A DNA stretch of 64,000 nucleotides from positions 1 through 64,000 of the forward strand of contig JANMPT010000028.1 in assembly GCA_031370005.1 (NCBI GenBank), read 5' to 3'. The translations under genes were made by a program, and so were the position numbers. The first letter of the stretch is position 1. Each line of letters starts with the position of its first letter. Shown here in pieces: positions 18,445-28,198 of this stretch. The stretch is from Bdellovibrionales bacterium. Lineage in GTDB: Bacteria > Bdellovibrionota > Bdellovibrionia > Bdellovibrionales > Bdellovibrionaceae. A model generated the notes under the pieces. It ran no database searches. It had not been told where the DNA came from and worked only from the letters and a program-made list of their open reading frames with translations.

Positions 18445-19545
18445 ATGGCTTTACAAGTCGGTATTGTTGGCTTACCAAATGTCGGTAAAAGCACTTTGTT
18501 TAATGCGCTGACTTCTGCAAAAGCAGAGGCTGCCAACTACCCTTTTTGCACTATTGATCCAAACGTGGGAGTAGTCACTGTTCCAGATCCTCGTATGGAC
18601 AAAATAACCGCCTTCGTAAAACCACAAAGTGTTATTCCCACGGTGATGGAATTTGTTGATATCGCAGGGATTGTAAAAGGCGCCAGTCAGGGCGAGGGCC
18701 TCGGCAACCAGTTCTTAAGCCACATCCGCCAAACAGATGCAATCGTCCATGTGGTTCGCTGCTTCGATGACCCAAATATCATCCATGTTGCTGGCAGCAT
18801 AGATCCAATCCGTGATATGGAAATTATTAATACTGAACTCATGCTAGCGGATCTCGACTCAGGGGAAAAGCGTTTGAAACGTGTAGAAAAAATGGCAAAA
18901 TCGACCACAGATAAAAAAATAAAAACTGAGTTTGATGTGGCCAAAAAAGTTGTTGAAGCCCTTGGCAAGGGTTTGCCAGCACGTTCTGTACTTGTTGATG
19001 AGAACGAAGCTCCTTTTTTAAAGGAAATGCACTTACTAACCTCAAAACCTGTTTTGTATGCAATGAACGTATCTGATACAGATTTTGCAGCCGGCGGCAA
19101 TGATTGGACCAAGGCGGTTGAAAAACGAGCTGCGGAAGAAGCGAACACCACCATCATGATTTGCTCTGCCATGGAAGCTGAAATCTCCCAGCTGCCCTTA
19201 GAAGAGCGTAAGGAATTTTTAGATTCTTTAGGCGCTGAAGAGCCAGGCTTGAATCGCCTGATTCGTGAGGCCTATAAACTTTTAGGACTTCAAACTTACT
19301 TCACTGCAGGAGTAAAGGAAGTTCGCGCTTGGACTATCCGAGCGGGAACAAAAGCTCCACAAGCAGCTGGTGTGATCCATACGGACTTTGAAAAGGGATT
19401 TATCCGTGCTGAAACCTATCACTGTGAGGACCTCTTCACCTTGAAGAGTGAGCAAGCCGTAAAAGATGCAGGTAAATACCGCGTTGAAGGCAAGGAGTAC
19501 GTCGTTAAAGATGGCGACATCTTATTCTTCCGCTTTAACGTTTAG
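18445..19545 (+). CDS. ychF: Redox-regulated ATPase YchF
   Basis: GIVGLPNVGKST, ANYPFCTIDPN, DIAGIVKGASQGEGLGNQFL, terminal FRFNV. Confidence 0.97.
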   Translation: MALQVGIVGLPNVGKSTLFNALTSAKAEAANYPFCTIDPNVGVVTVPDPRMDKITAFVKPQSVIPTVMEFVDIAGIVKGASQGEGLGNQFLSHIRQTDAIVHVVRCFDDPNIIHVAGSIDPIRDMEIINTELMLADLDSGEKRLKRVEKMAKSTTDKKIKTEFDVAKKVVEALGKGLPARSVLVDENEAPFLKEMHLLTSKPVLYAMNVSDTDFAAGGNDWTKAVEKRAAEEANTTIMICSAMEAEISQLPLEERKEFLDSLGAEEPGLNRLIREAYKLLGLQTYFTAGVKEVRAWTIRAGTKAPQAAGVIHTDFEKGFIRAETYHCEDLFTLKSEQAVKDAGKYRVEGKEYVVKDGDILFFRFNV

Positions 19546-19580
19546 AAACCACCCAGATTCATCCCTCATAATCTCACAAA

Positions 19581-19619
19581 TGATAGTATCATTTGATAGT
19601 ATCATTTGATAGTATCATT
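19581..19619. repeat. 13-bp tandem repeat x3 (TGATAGTATCATT), each unit palindromic; probable operator
   Basis: Three exact copies ending 2 nt before the Fic ATG. TGATA-G-TATCA is an inverted repeat. Confidence 0.85.
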
Positions 19620-19621
19620 AA

Positions 19622-20596
19622 ATGCACAAACCGCCATTTCAGATCACTGCTAAAATTTTAGCATTAAGCTCACAAATACAGGAGCTTATTGGTGAGTTAA
19701 AAAACTATGCCCAGGTCAAGCCATCGGTAAAATTGCGAAGAGAAAATAAAATAAGAACTATTCATTACAGCCTAGCAATCGAAGGAAATTTACTATCTGA
19801 GGAGCAGATCACCGCTCTCCTGGAAAATAAAAGAATTCTTGGGCCTAAAAATCAAATTCTCGAAGTTATGAACGCTCTTGAGCTTTATGAGAGTTTAATA
19901 AAATTCAACCCTGCCAAAGAAAATGATTTACTGAAGGCTCACGGTATTCTTTTAAAAGGGCTTGTAAAAAAAGCTGGCGTATATCGATCCACGGCTGTGG
20001 GTGTTTTTAAAGGAGCCAAAGTCAGCCATATGGCACCTTCAGCTAAACAAGTTCCGAAACTAATGGGCGACCTCTTCTCTTTTTTAAATAAAGACAAAGA
20101 GACACCTTGGCTTATCAAAGCCTGTGTTTTTCATTACGAACTTGAATTCATCCACCCCTTTGAGGATGGCAACGGACGCATGGGACGCTTGTGGCAACAG
20201 TTACTCTTAATGAGACAGTCCCCTTTTTTTGAATTCACATCCGTCGAAACTCTCATTCATAAAAAGCAGCTTCGGTACTATAAAATTCTCGAGCAATGTG
20301 ATTCCAAGGGAGACTCAACGACTTTTGTGGAGTTTTCCCTAGAGCTTATCTTAAAAAGTTTGAAAGAGTTCAAACAAAAATACCGACCCAGTAAACCAAA
20401 AGCCTCAGACCGCATAGAATTCGCAATCGAAAAATTTGACGCTGAAGAATTCTCACGCAAAGACTACCTACAGTTGCATCAGGGACTTTCCACGGCAACA
20501 GCTAGCCGAGACCTCGCAGAGGCGACAAGCAAAGGTCTGCTCAAAAAAAAGGGGGACAAAATTTTGGCGGTTTATAAGAAAAATAGCGATCAATAA
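19622..20596 (+). CDS. Fic family protein (AMPylase) with C-terminal HTH
   Basis: HPFEDGNGRMGR catalytic motif, SLAIEGN inhibitory (S/T)xxxE(G/N) motif, C-terminal SRKDY..LSTATASRDL HTH. Confidence 0.9.
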   Translation: MHKPPFQITAKILALSSQIQELIGELKNYAQVKPSVKLRRENKIRTIHYSLAIEGNLLSEEQITALLENKRILGPKNQILEVMNALELYESLIKFNPAKENDLLKAHGILLKGLVKKAGVYRSTAVGVFKGAKVSHMAPSAKQVPKLMGDLFSFLNKDKETPWLIKACVFHYELEFIHPFEDGNGRMGRLWQQLLLMRQSPFFEFTSVETLIHKKQLRYYKILEQCDSKGDSTTFVEFSLELILKSLKEFKQKYRPSKPKASDRIEFAIEKFDAEEFSRKDYLQLHQGLSTATASRDLAEATSKGLLKKKGDKILAVYKKNSDQ

Positions 20597-20603
20597 TTAA
20601 TAC

Positions 20604-21491
20604 TTATTCTTCCTTAGAATTCTTTTCGAGCACTGAGTAATACAATGGTCCAAAACTGCAGCGATCCGGCAAGAAGGCGATGCCGTATTCGGTTTTCTCA
20701 CCAACTGAATGCGTTTCCTGCGGGACAATACGCACTTGGTCCTTTTTCTTTTTCAGAAGCTTGTTAATTACGCCATCATTTTCATCAGGATTAATCGTGC
20801 AAGTTGAGTAGACAATCCTCCCTCCGGGATTTACCGCTAAAAAAGCGGCACTTAAAAGTGAATACTGACGTGTTGCTAAGTGCTCTCCACGACGAGGTCC
20901 CCACTCCTCCATGGCCTTCTTGCTTTCTAGCACGTGGCGCTCTCCTGAACAGGGAGCATCCAACAAGATGCGACTAAACCCACCTGGCTCCTTCAAGCCA
21001 AACTGTACAGCGTCTTTTCCTGTGACCCAAACGCGGTCGCGAATCTTGCGCGGCACATATTGTTGAATTACTTTCTTAAGCCGATCGCGACGCTCGTGGG
21101 ATAGATCATTTGAAAAAATCTCTCCGGAAAGCTTTAATCCCTCTATTAGGATCAGCGTTTTCCCACCCGGAGCCGCACACATATCAAGAATACGATCCCC
21201 CTCTTGAACATCCAGGGCACGGGCGGCGATCACACTTGCTGGATCCATAATGTAAACATTAAGAAGCTCTTCAAGCGTACGCTCCGGTTGAAAAGAGTCC
21301 GACCGAGGAACCCAATAACAATGAGACAATGCGGGATGTAGTGAGGACGCATCCTCTAAGCTTATATGCTGAACACTACTAAGAAGGTTCAGCCTTGCCA
21401 CCTGTCGTTCTGGTTTTTTCAGGGCGTCATATAGATCGCCCCAACGGGAACCATAGATTTTTTCGAAATAATGATAAAATGACTCTTTCAT
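20604..21491 (-). CDS. RsmB/RsmF (NOL1/NOP2/Sun) family RNA m5C methyltransferase
   Basis: LDMCAAPGGKT, LLDAPCSGE, VYSTCT. Confidence 0.9.
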   Translation of the reverse strand: MKESFYHYFEKIYGSRWGDLYDALKKPERQVARLNLLSSVQHISLEDASSLHPALSHCYWVPRSDSFQPERTLEELLNVYIMDPASVIAARALDVQEGDRILDMCAAPGGKTLILIEGLKLSGEIFSNDLSHERRDRLKKVIQQYVPRKIRDRVWVTGKDAVQFGLKEPGGFSRILLDAPCSGERHVLESKKAMEEWGPRRGEHLATRQYSLLSAAFLAVNPGGRIVYSTCTINPDENDGVINKLLKKKKDQVRIVPQETHSVGEKTEYGIAFLPDRCSFGPLYYSVLEKNSKEE

Positions 21492-21501
21492 ACCTTAGGC
21501 C

Positions 21502-22944
21502 CTAAGACTTCAACGAAATATTCTTGTATGGGAAAGTACAAATAAATTCTGCACCCTTGCCCATTTCACTCTTTACCTGAACGCTGCCGCCATGACTTTG
21601 CATAATGTGTTTTACAATTGCTAAGCCCAGTCCAGTGCCCCCAGCGTCGCGAGAGCGACCTTTGTCAATGCGATAAAATCTTTCAAAAAGACGGTCATGA
21701 TGCTCGGTCGGAATACCGGGCCCATCATCAATCACACGAAGAATGGTGTCATTCTTTTCATTTTTTTGCCACCGAATCTGCACGGTTTTCCCAGCGGGAA
21801 TGTATTTAATAGCATTGGATACTAAATTTCGAAGGACTTGTTCCAGCTTACTAACGTCAGCATTAAAATTCGGTAATTCTTGGGCTCCAATCACCATAAC
21901 AACCTGATTTTTCTCTCGCACTAATTGTGCAAGTTCAGCAACAATATGCTCCGAAACTTGCAAAGGATTCACAGATTCAATCTTGATTTCAGCATTGGAT
22001 TCCAAAGCCGAGATGCTCAGAAGATCATTTACCATATCCGCAAGTCGATCAACGTTGCGTGAAATAATCTCGATAAATTTTTCGGACTGTTCATAGAACC
22101 CGCTCTGAATATCAGATTTAAGAGTATCCACATATCCCTTAATCGAAGTCAGGGGTGTGCGCAGTTCATGAGAGGCATTGCTGACAAACTCAATGCGCAC
22201 AAGCTCCGCCTTCTTAAGCTCAGTAATATCATGAAAAATTCCCATGGCCCCATAGACTTCGTTGCTTTTGTTTTTACGAAGGGAGCTCACTGAGACCAAG
22301 AAGTAACGGATATTTTTTTCGAGTTTGGTCTCCAGTTTTACTTGAACTCTAAAGGTGCCTCCCTCGCTCAAAGCTCGTAAAAAACCTTCGTGAATTTCTG
22401 GATAACGAAAAATATCCGCCAAGCTCAAAACTGAATTCATTTGTTTTGAATCTAAGAACTGCGTAGCAAACTGCGAATTAAAATAAAGCACACGTAGTTC
22501 GGGGCTAACACTTACGATCCCCTCTTGAACTGCGCTCATGAAAGCCTGAGTCTCCTCACGCTCCTGCTGAAGCTGATCACGGAGTTTTTTCATTTTACGA
22601 TGAACACGATTAAGTGCATTTTCAATCAGTGCATATTCACCGATCTCTTCATCCAACAAGCCCTCTTCATCCTCGCTTTGGTTTTCACTCTTTCTACTCG
22701 CCACCCGAAAAGCCTTTAAAATAACTTTATGGAGAGGACGTGAAAACTTCCAGGAGATCAAAGCGGCCAAGATTAAGGTCACTGAAAAAAATTGTACGCT
22801 AATTGACCAAAAATAGCCCTGGCCGAAGGGATGCGACGCGCTTATAATTCCAAGACTGATAACATTCAGAAGGTTGTAAAGAAAAATTTGAAGAAAATAA
22901 AGCTGCCAAAAAAGCTTCCAAGGAAAGCGGGCCAAGTTCATCAC
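21502..22944 (-). CDS. phoR: Phosphate-regulon sensor histidine kinase
   Basis: Two TM helices, a PAS region, H-box NASHELRTPLTSIKGY, NLVSNAIKY, DDGPGI, FERFYRIDKGRSR..GGTGLGLAIVKH. Downstream of phoU-phoB. Confidence 0.85.
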   Translation of the reverse strand: MMNLARFPWKLFWQLYFLQIFLYNLLNVISLGIISASHPFGQGYFWSISVQFFSVTLILAALISWKFSRPLHKVILKAFRVASRKSENQSEDEEGLLDEEIGEYALIENALNRVHRKMKKLRDQLQQEREETQAFMSAVQEGIVSVSPELRVLYFNSQFATQFLDSKQMNSVLSLADIFRYPEIHEGFLRALSEGGTFRVQVKLETKLEKNIRYFLVSVSSLRKNKSNEVYGAMGIFHDITELKKAELVRIEFVSNASHELRTPLTSIKGYVDTLKSDIQSGFYEQSEKFIEIISRNVDRLADMVNDLLSISALESNAEIKIESVNPLQVSEHIVAELAQLVREKNQVVMVIGAQELPNFNADVSKLEQVLRNLVSNAIKYIPAGKTVQIRWQKNEKNDTILRVIDDGPGIPTEHHDRLFERFYRIDKGRSRDAGGTGLGLAIVKHIMQSHGGSVQVKSEMGKGAEFICTFPYKNISLKS

Positions 22945-23657
22945 TGGGCATCCATTTTCACGCGGTAACCGACTCCCCGAATAGTTTCAATATTATCACT
23001 CCAGCTGCCCAGCTTCTTACGCAATCCAAAGACATGGGTGTCAATAGTGCGGCCGGTGACGTTAATACCTTCACCTTGAATATTCTCAATCAACTGATCA
23101 CGGGTTAAAACGCGTCCTTGGCTCTCGAGAAGATTGCCGAGAAGCTTAAATTCAGATGGTGTTAGATGAAGCTGTTCATCCGCTAATTTTACCTCATAGG
23201 TTTTGAAATTAACACTGAGACCACCGAGAAGAAACTTGTCGCTATCCGCACCTAGTTGAGCTTCATGTGCCCTCGCTCTTCTTAAAAGAGCGCGAACACG
23301 TGCTAAGAAAACCCCAGGGTCGAAGGGCTTTGTGAGATAGTCATCTGCACCGGCCTCAAGGCCACTTACAATATCTTGGGGCTCAGTCTTTGCCGTTACC
23401 ATCAAGACATTGGTGACCGAAGAGCTTTTCTTAATTTGATTGAGCAAATCAAAACCGCTCATTCCTGGAAGCATCCAGTCTAAAATAACAATATCAAACT
23501 TTTTATTTTGCAACTCGAGTTGGGCCTCTTCTGCGGAAGCACACTCCTTGACTCTGAACCCTTGGCGCAGCAAGTGCAGAGCCATAAGCTCGCGAATTTC
23601 CTGTTCATCTTCCACCACTAGAATTGTGGCTATAGAATCATGCGTATTTTCCGCCAT
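22941..23657 (-). CDS. phoB: OmpR/PhoB-family response regulator
   Basis: ILVVEDE, ILDWMLPG, GADDYLTKPF, LTPSEF, IETIRGVGY. Start set at MAENTH, overlapping the phoU end. Confidence 0.85.
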   Translation of the reverse strand: MAENTHDSIATILVVEDEQEIRELMALHLLRQGFRVKECASAEEAQLELQNKKFDIVILDWMLPGMSGFDLLNQIKKSSSVTNVLMVTAKTEPQDIVSGLEAGADDYLTKPFDPGVFLARVRALLRRARAHEAQLGADSDKFLLGGLSVNFKTYEVKLADEQLHLTPSEFKLLGNLLESQGRVLTRDQLIENIQGEGINVTGRTIDTHVFGLRKKLGSWSDNIETIRGVGYRVKMDAQ

Positions 23658-24300
23658 GTCTGACATCCTTACCTGTGAAAGCAAAAATAACATCTTCAGC
23701 AATATTCGTCGCATGATCTCCGAGGCGCTCCAGATTGCGAGCCACAAGAATAAGATCCAAACAGGCTTCAACGTCCGAAGAAAACTTTTTCATATGATTG
23801 AGATGGTCATTGAAAACCTTGTTTTTAAGCCCGTCCACTTCGTCATCCATTAAAAGAATCTTCTTAGCGAGATCTACGTCACCACGAACAAAACAATCCA
23901 AGGATTCCTTCACCATAGTGCGAACTAAATCAGACATATGACTGATATCAGAAACCGTAGCAAGTGGCTTGCGAGCTAGGTAATCCTTGCCGGTGTAAGC
24001 GATATTCACGCACTGATCACCCATGCGCTCAAGGTCGGTATTGATTTTAACTATGGAAAGAATTAAGCGCAGATCTTTGGCAACCGGCCCTTGCTTGGCA
24101 AAAACAGCTAGACATGCATTATCGACAGCAATATGCCCTTCATTGATTTTTTTTTCGATGTCATGGACCTGAGCAAAATTATCAGCATTGCGAGACATGA
24201 GCGCCTGAGTGGCCTCACTAAGGGCTCTCTCAACGTGCCCTCCCATAACTAGAATGAGGCGCTTAAGTTCGTCCAATTGTGAATCCATTGTTCTTTCCAC
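23638..24300 (-). CDS. phoU: Phosphate signalling complex protein PhoU
   Basis: PVAKDLR, DLERMGD and NLERLGDHATNIAE duplicated motifs. GTG start after GGGAG. Confidence 0.93.
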   Translation of the reverse strand: MERTMDSQLDELKRLILVMGGHVERALSEATQALMSRNADNFAQVHDIEKKINEGHIAVDNACLAVFAKQGPVAKDLRLILSIVKINTDLERMGDQCVNIAYTGKDYLARKPLATVSDISHMSDLVRTMVKESLDCFVRGDVDLAKKILLMDDEVDGLKNKVFNDHLNHMKKFSSDVEACLDLILVARNLERLGDHATNIAEDVIFAFTGKDVRHGGKYA

Positions 24301-24470
24301 GATAACTCCCTGCCACTTTCTTACTGAAGTTGGTATTAAAATGCAAATACACTCGAAAACTAATGACATTTCATTTTCTTCAAATGACCTGCGTCAAGAC
24401 CGTCGTCCCTTGCTTGCAAGTAAGAATTTTTTGATTTTTACATAAATCTCATGCTGACACTGTTTAAACT

Positions 24471-25421
24471 ATGCCGCAAGCTATACATATGGGTGAAAAG
24501 TTCTCTGCAATAGATGTTGGCTCTAATGCCATCCGTATGATTGTCGGCGAGTTACAAAGCTCCAAGACAGCTTCGGAAATGAAGATTATCAAAAAGCTGC
24601 GTGCACCAATTCGTCTTGGAAAAGATGTCTTTATGAATGGTACAATTTCTAATAAAGTTCTTTTAGAGGCCCAAGAAACCTTTCGTGAATTTGCGAGCAC
24701 CAATCATAAACTCAAGGTGACTCGCTGCCGCGCAGTTGCGACCAGTGCTGTGCGAGAGGCCAAAAACAAGGAAGTTTTTGTTAAAACTATCTTAGCAGCT
24801 TCCAAAATCAAAGTTGAAATCATCGACGGCGTCGAAGAGGCCCGTTTGGTTCATAATGCCATTCGCAATGAAATTGATATCGAAAATAAGCGCGTTCTAT
24901 CAATTGACGTTGGTGGCGGCAGCGTGGAAATCACTTTCTCAGAAAATGGCATGATGAGCGCCACAGAGAGCTTCCCCATGGGTACAGTCCGTATCTTAGA
25001 TCAAATGAATCGTCGCAAGCTGTCTGAAAGCCAAATCAATTTGATTATGGGCGACTTCGTGGCCCCCCTTACAAACTATTTAGACTCTCACCATATGGGA
25101 GCAGGGCCTTTGCATTTTTCCGTGGGAACTGGCGGCAACCTAGAGTGCATGGCACAGCTCAAGCTGAAAATCTTAAAAAAACGCCCAACGACTTATATTA
25201 CAATCAAAGAATTACATGAGATAGCTGAAAAATTGAGCTCTATGAGCTATAAAGACCGCATGGAAAAACTAGAACTGCGTCCTGACAGGGCGGATGTCAT
25301 CCTGCCAGCAACTCTTTTAGTTCTCACTGTGCTTCGACAAGCACACGTTGAAAAAATTATTATCCCCAACGTAGGCCTTCGCGATGGATTGCTTTGGTCT
25401 ACTGCGGGACTATTTCATTAA
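24471..25421 (+). CDS. ppx: Ppx/GppA exopolyphosphatase
   Basis: AIDVGSNAIR, ATSAVREA, IDGVEEA, IDVGGGSVE, RADVI, GLRDG. Confidence 0.9.
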   Translation: MPQAIHMGEKFSAIDVGSNAIRMIVGELQSSKTASEMKIIKKLRAPIRLGKDVFMNGTISNKVLLEAQETFREFASTNHKLKVTRCRAVATSAVREAKNKEVFVKTILAASKIKVEIIDGVEEARLVHNAIRNEIDIENKRVLSIDVGGGSVEITFSENGMMSATESFPMGTVRILDQMNRRKLSESQINLIMGDFVAPLTNYLDSHHMGAGPLHFSVGTGGNLECMAQLKLKILKKRPTTYITIKELHEIAEKLSSMSYKDRMEKLELRPDRADVILPATLLVLTVLRQAHVEKIIIPNVGLRDGLLWSTAGLFH

Positions 25422-25432
25422 AATATCTAATG

Positions 25433-25945
25433 TCATTTCCAGTCTATCATCTGACGCGGTTGGATTAACCAAAGCAGTTTCGCAGTCCCCGGCGCGATAT
25501 TCTTAAAGCTCTCAATTTTAAGACACAAAACGCCTCCCTTTTTGATCTCCAAAAGGGGCTCGAGCTGATCGGCCATCAAAAAACTTGCAAGCACACTCAG
25601 CTGGGGCTCATGGCCGACAGCCACGACTCTCTTGTGCTCATCCCCGTGGGAGCGAAGCCATCTTTTGAAGGCTTGAGGCGGGCTTGAAGGAACCAGCTCT
25701 GCGGCCTCCACCACCTTGGTATCGATAAAAATCTGTGAGACCAACTCGGCTGTTTGACGGGCGCGCACGAAAGGGCTTGAAACGATCAAATCAATATTTT
25801 CAAACCAATCACGCAATTCCATGGCCACTTTTTGGGTGCGCTTACGACCTTTCATGGTCAGTGGGCGCAAAGAGTCTTCTAGTTTTTTTTTAGCAAACTC
25901 TTCACGTTCTTCTGCAAGTCCATGTCTCATTAAAATCAACTCCAT
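25433..25945 (-). CDS. sixA: Phosphohistidine phosphatase SixA
   Basis: LMRHG, RPLT..G, SSPFVRARQTA, VGHEP. Confidence 0.85.
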   Translation of the reverse strand: MELILMRHGLAEEREEFAKKKLEDSLRPLTMKGRKRTQKVAMELRDWFENIDLIVSSPFVRARQTAELVSQIFIDTKVVEAAELVPSSPPQAFKRWLRSHGDEHKRVVAVGHEPQLSVLASFLMADQLEPLLEIKKGGVLCLKIESFKNIAPGTAKLLWLIQPRQMIDWK

Positions 25946-25954
25946 AACAACACC

Positions 25955-28138
25955 TCAAGACTCCCCACTGGAATTGTTTTCTTCAATACTCTTTACTCTT
26001 TGTTTTGCAAGCTGCATCAAGACCTGCTGAACCCCTGAATCTGCTGATTTTCTTTGGATATAATCACCATTCGAAGTCATTTGCCAGGTCTGGCGTTGAT
26101 CCTTCATGGTCAATTGCAAGATTTCCCATATTTTTTCTTTTGAGACTCGATCAATGATCGGCACAACAGCCTCAACCCTTGCATGCAAATTTCGATACAT
26201 CCAATCCGCCGACCCCATATAGAAATCACCATCAATTGGATCTTGAGCACCATTTCGGAAATAGAAAATACGAGAGTGCTCCAGAAATCTGCCGATGACT
26301 GAAGTCACACGCAAACGCTCACTTAGCCCAGGCACATTTGGACGAAGGCAACAAAATCCACGGACAATTAAGTCAATCTCTACACCTTTTTGCGAAGCTT
26401 GATACAAAGATATAGCGATATCGTTTTCTTCCATATTATTAAACTTAGCTATGATCTGTGCCGGATGCCCCGCCTTTGCGAGTTCACCTTCACGCTCAAT
26501 CATTGCTTTAAAGCGCGGGAACATATTCACCGGCGCAATCAAAAGATTATCATAAGTACTCTTCAAAGAGCGACCCGTGAGATAATGAAAAAATTCAACA
26601 ATTTCATTGGTGATTTCCTCTCGTGCCGTTAGCAAACCGAGATCGGTATAATAGCGCGATGTTGTCACGTTGTAATTTCCCGTGCCGATATGGGAATAAC
26701 AATGAAGCCCCTCGGCTTCTTGTCGGACCACGAGGGACGTCTTGGCGTGGGTCTTGAGACCCACTACTCCATAAACGACATGCACACCGGCGTTCTCAAG
26801 CTCCTGAGCCCAATAGATATTTCTTTCTTCATCAAAACGCGCCTTGAGCTCCACCAAACACACAACTTGTTTGCCAGCTGCTGCTGCACGAATCAGGGAC
26901 TTAATGAACGGAGAGTTATCCCCCGTACGGTAAAGTGTCATCTTAATTGCCAATACCCTCGGATCATCCGAAGCCAAACGAATGAACTTTTCCACGGTCG
27001 ATGTGAAGCTTTCATAAGGATGATGCAGCAAATGATCTTGAGCTTTAATCGCCGCAAAAAAAGAGTTCGCATCCTCTACAGCCAAGGGCGGGGGCACCAC
27101 CGGAATCCAGGGCTCATACTTAAGCTGCGGCAAGCTCAGATCATGGATCATATTGAGGTCAGTATAATCAAGTTCGCCACGAAGCTCGTAAATATACTCT
27201 TCCGAAAGCTCGAGCTCTTCTGTTAGAAACTGAATCATCCAAGGATCGGGATTAGGCCCATGCTCCAAGCGCACAACTTCGGCAAAGCGACGCTGACGAA
27301 GTTCTTCTTCGATCATTTCCAGTAGATCTTCCGTATCCTCTTGATCATGTTCTGCATCGGCATTTCTCGTCAGGCGGAAAGCCATAGCGCTGATCAGCTG
27401 CATCGAAGGAAATAAATCCCCTAAATTTTCTCGAATCACTTCCACCAAACTGACAAAACGAAAAGTCGTAGCGTCAGGGTTTGCTCGAATCCACTGTGGC
27501 AAAACTTTTGGAATCTTGACGCGAGCAAATAATTTCTCATCGCGTTCGGGATGCTTCAAAGTCACGCCTAGTGAGATTGAAAGGTTTGAAATAAATGGAA
27601 ATGGATGTCCAGGATCCACGGAGAGTGGCGTTAAAACTGGAAATACATTCTTCTGATAATATTTTTTGACCACTTCCTTTTCTTTCGTCGTAAGTTCAGC
27701 CCACTTCAAAAGAAAAATTCCATTTTCGGCCAATGCCGGCTTTAAAGTCTTTTCAAAACAACGATCCTGCTCCTGAATAGTCGGCAACACCACTTGGCGA
27801 ATGGCTGCCAATTGCTGAGCCGGAGTGCGCCCATCGGCACTCTTTGGTGAAATGCCATATACCACTTGACGCTTAAGGCCCCCAACCCGTTTCATGAAAA
27901 ACTCATCCATATTCGAAGAAGAGATACTCAAGAAACGCAAACGCTCAAGCAATGGGTTCCTATTGTCCTCAGCTTCGCTCAATACACGACGATTAAATCT
28001 CAGCCAACCGATTTCTCGGTTAGTGAAAAGCTTCTCGGAAGATAAAGGATGCTCAAGGACCCTGGGCTTCCGAGTGCTACGCTTTTTGCTGATTACTTTT
28101 TTGCCGCTTGAAGGCTTTGTGCCGTTCATCCTTGACAC
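25955..28138 (-). CDS. ppk1: Polyphosphate kinase 1
   Basis: NREIGWLRFN, PLLERLRF, HHPYESF, ELKARFDEE, KTHAK, GTGNYN, GRFLEHSR, SADWM.RNL. Confidence 0.97.
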   Translation of the reverse strand: MSRMNGTKPSSGKKVISKKRSTRKPRVLEHPLSSEKLFTNREIGWLRFNRRVLSEAEDNRNPLLERLRFLSISSSNMDEFFMKRVGGLKRQVVYGISPKSADGRTPAQQLAAIRQVVLPTIQEQDRCFEKTLKPALAENGIFLLKWAELTTKEKEVVKKYYQKNVFPVLTPLSVDPGHPFPFISNLSISLGVTLKHPERDEKLFARVKIPKVLPQWIRANPDATTFRFVSLVEVIRENLGDLFPSMQLISAMAFRLTRNADAEHDQEDTEDLLEMIEEELRQRRFAEVVRLEHGPNPDPWMIQFLTEELELSEEYIYELRGELDYTDLNMIHDLSLPQLKYEPWIPVVPPPLAVEDANSFFAAIKAQDHLLHHPYESFTSTVEKFIRLASDDPRVLAIKMTLYRTGDNSPFIKSLIRAAAAGKQVVCLVELKARFDEERNIYWAQELENAGVHVVYGVVGLKTHAKTSLVVRQEAEGLHCYSHIGTGNYNVTTSRYYTDLGLLTAREEITNEIVEFFHYLTGRSLKSTYDNLLIAPVNMFPRFKAMIEREGELAKAGHPAQIIAKFNNMEENDIAISLYQASQKGVEIDLIVRGFCCLRPNVPGLSERLRVTSVIGRFLEHSRIFYFRNGAQDPIDGDFYMGSADWMYRNLHARVEAVVPIIDRVSKEKIWEILQLTMKDQRQTWQMTSNGDYIQRKSADSGVQQVLMQLAKQRVKSIEENNSSGES

Positions 28139-28198
28139 CTCGTAGGCTTATTTCACAATAAAGCTCGTCATTTGGCAACTGAGCCTAAGGTCAACAAG

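Noticed and set aside
19581..19619. Tandem palindromic repeats as a mini-CRISPR array
   Set aside because: Units are 13 bp and directly adjacent, with no spacers and no cas genes.
24355..24400. Pho box upstream of phoU (two GTCAT half-sites on the minus strand)
   Set aside because: The half-sites are 21 bp apart rather than in 11-bp register, which is too weak to call.
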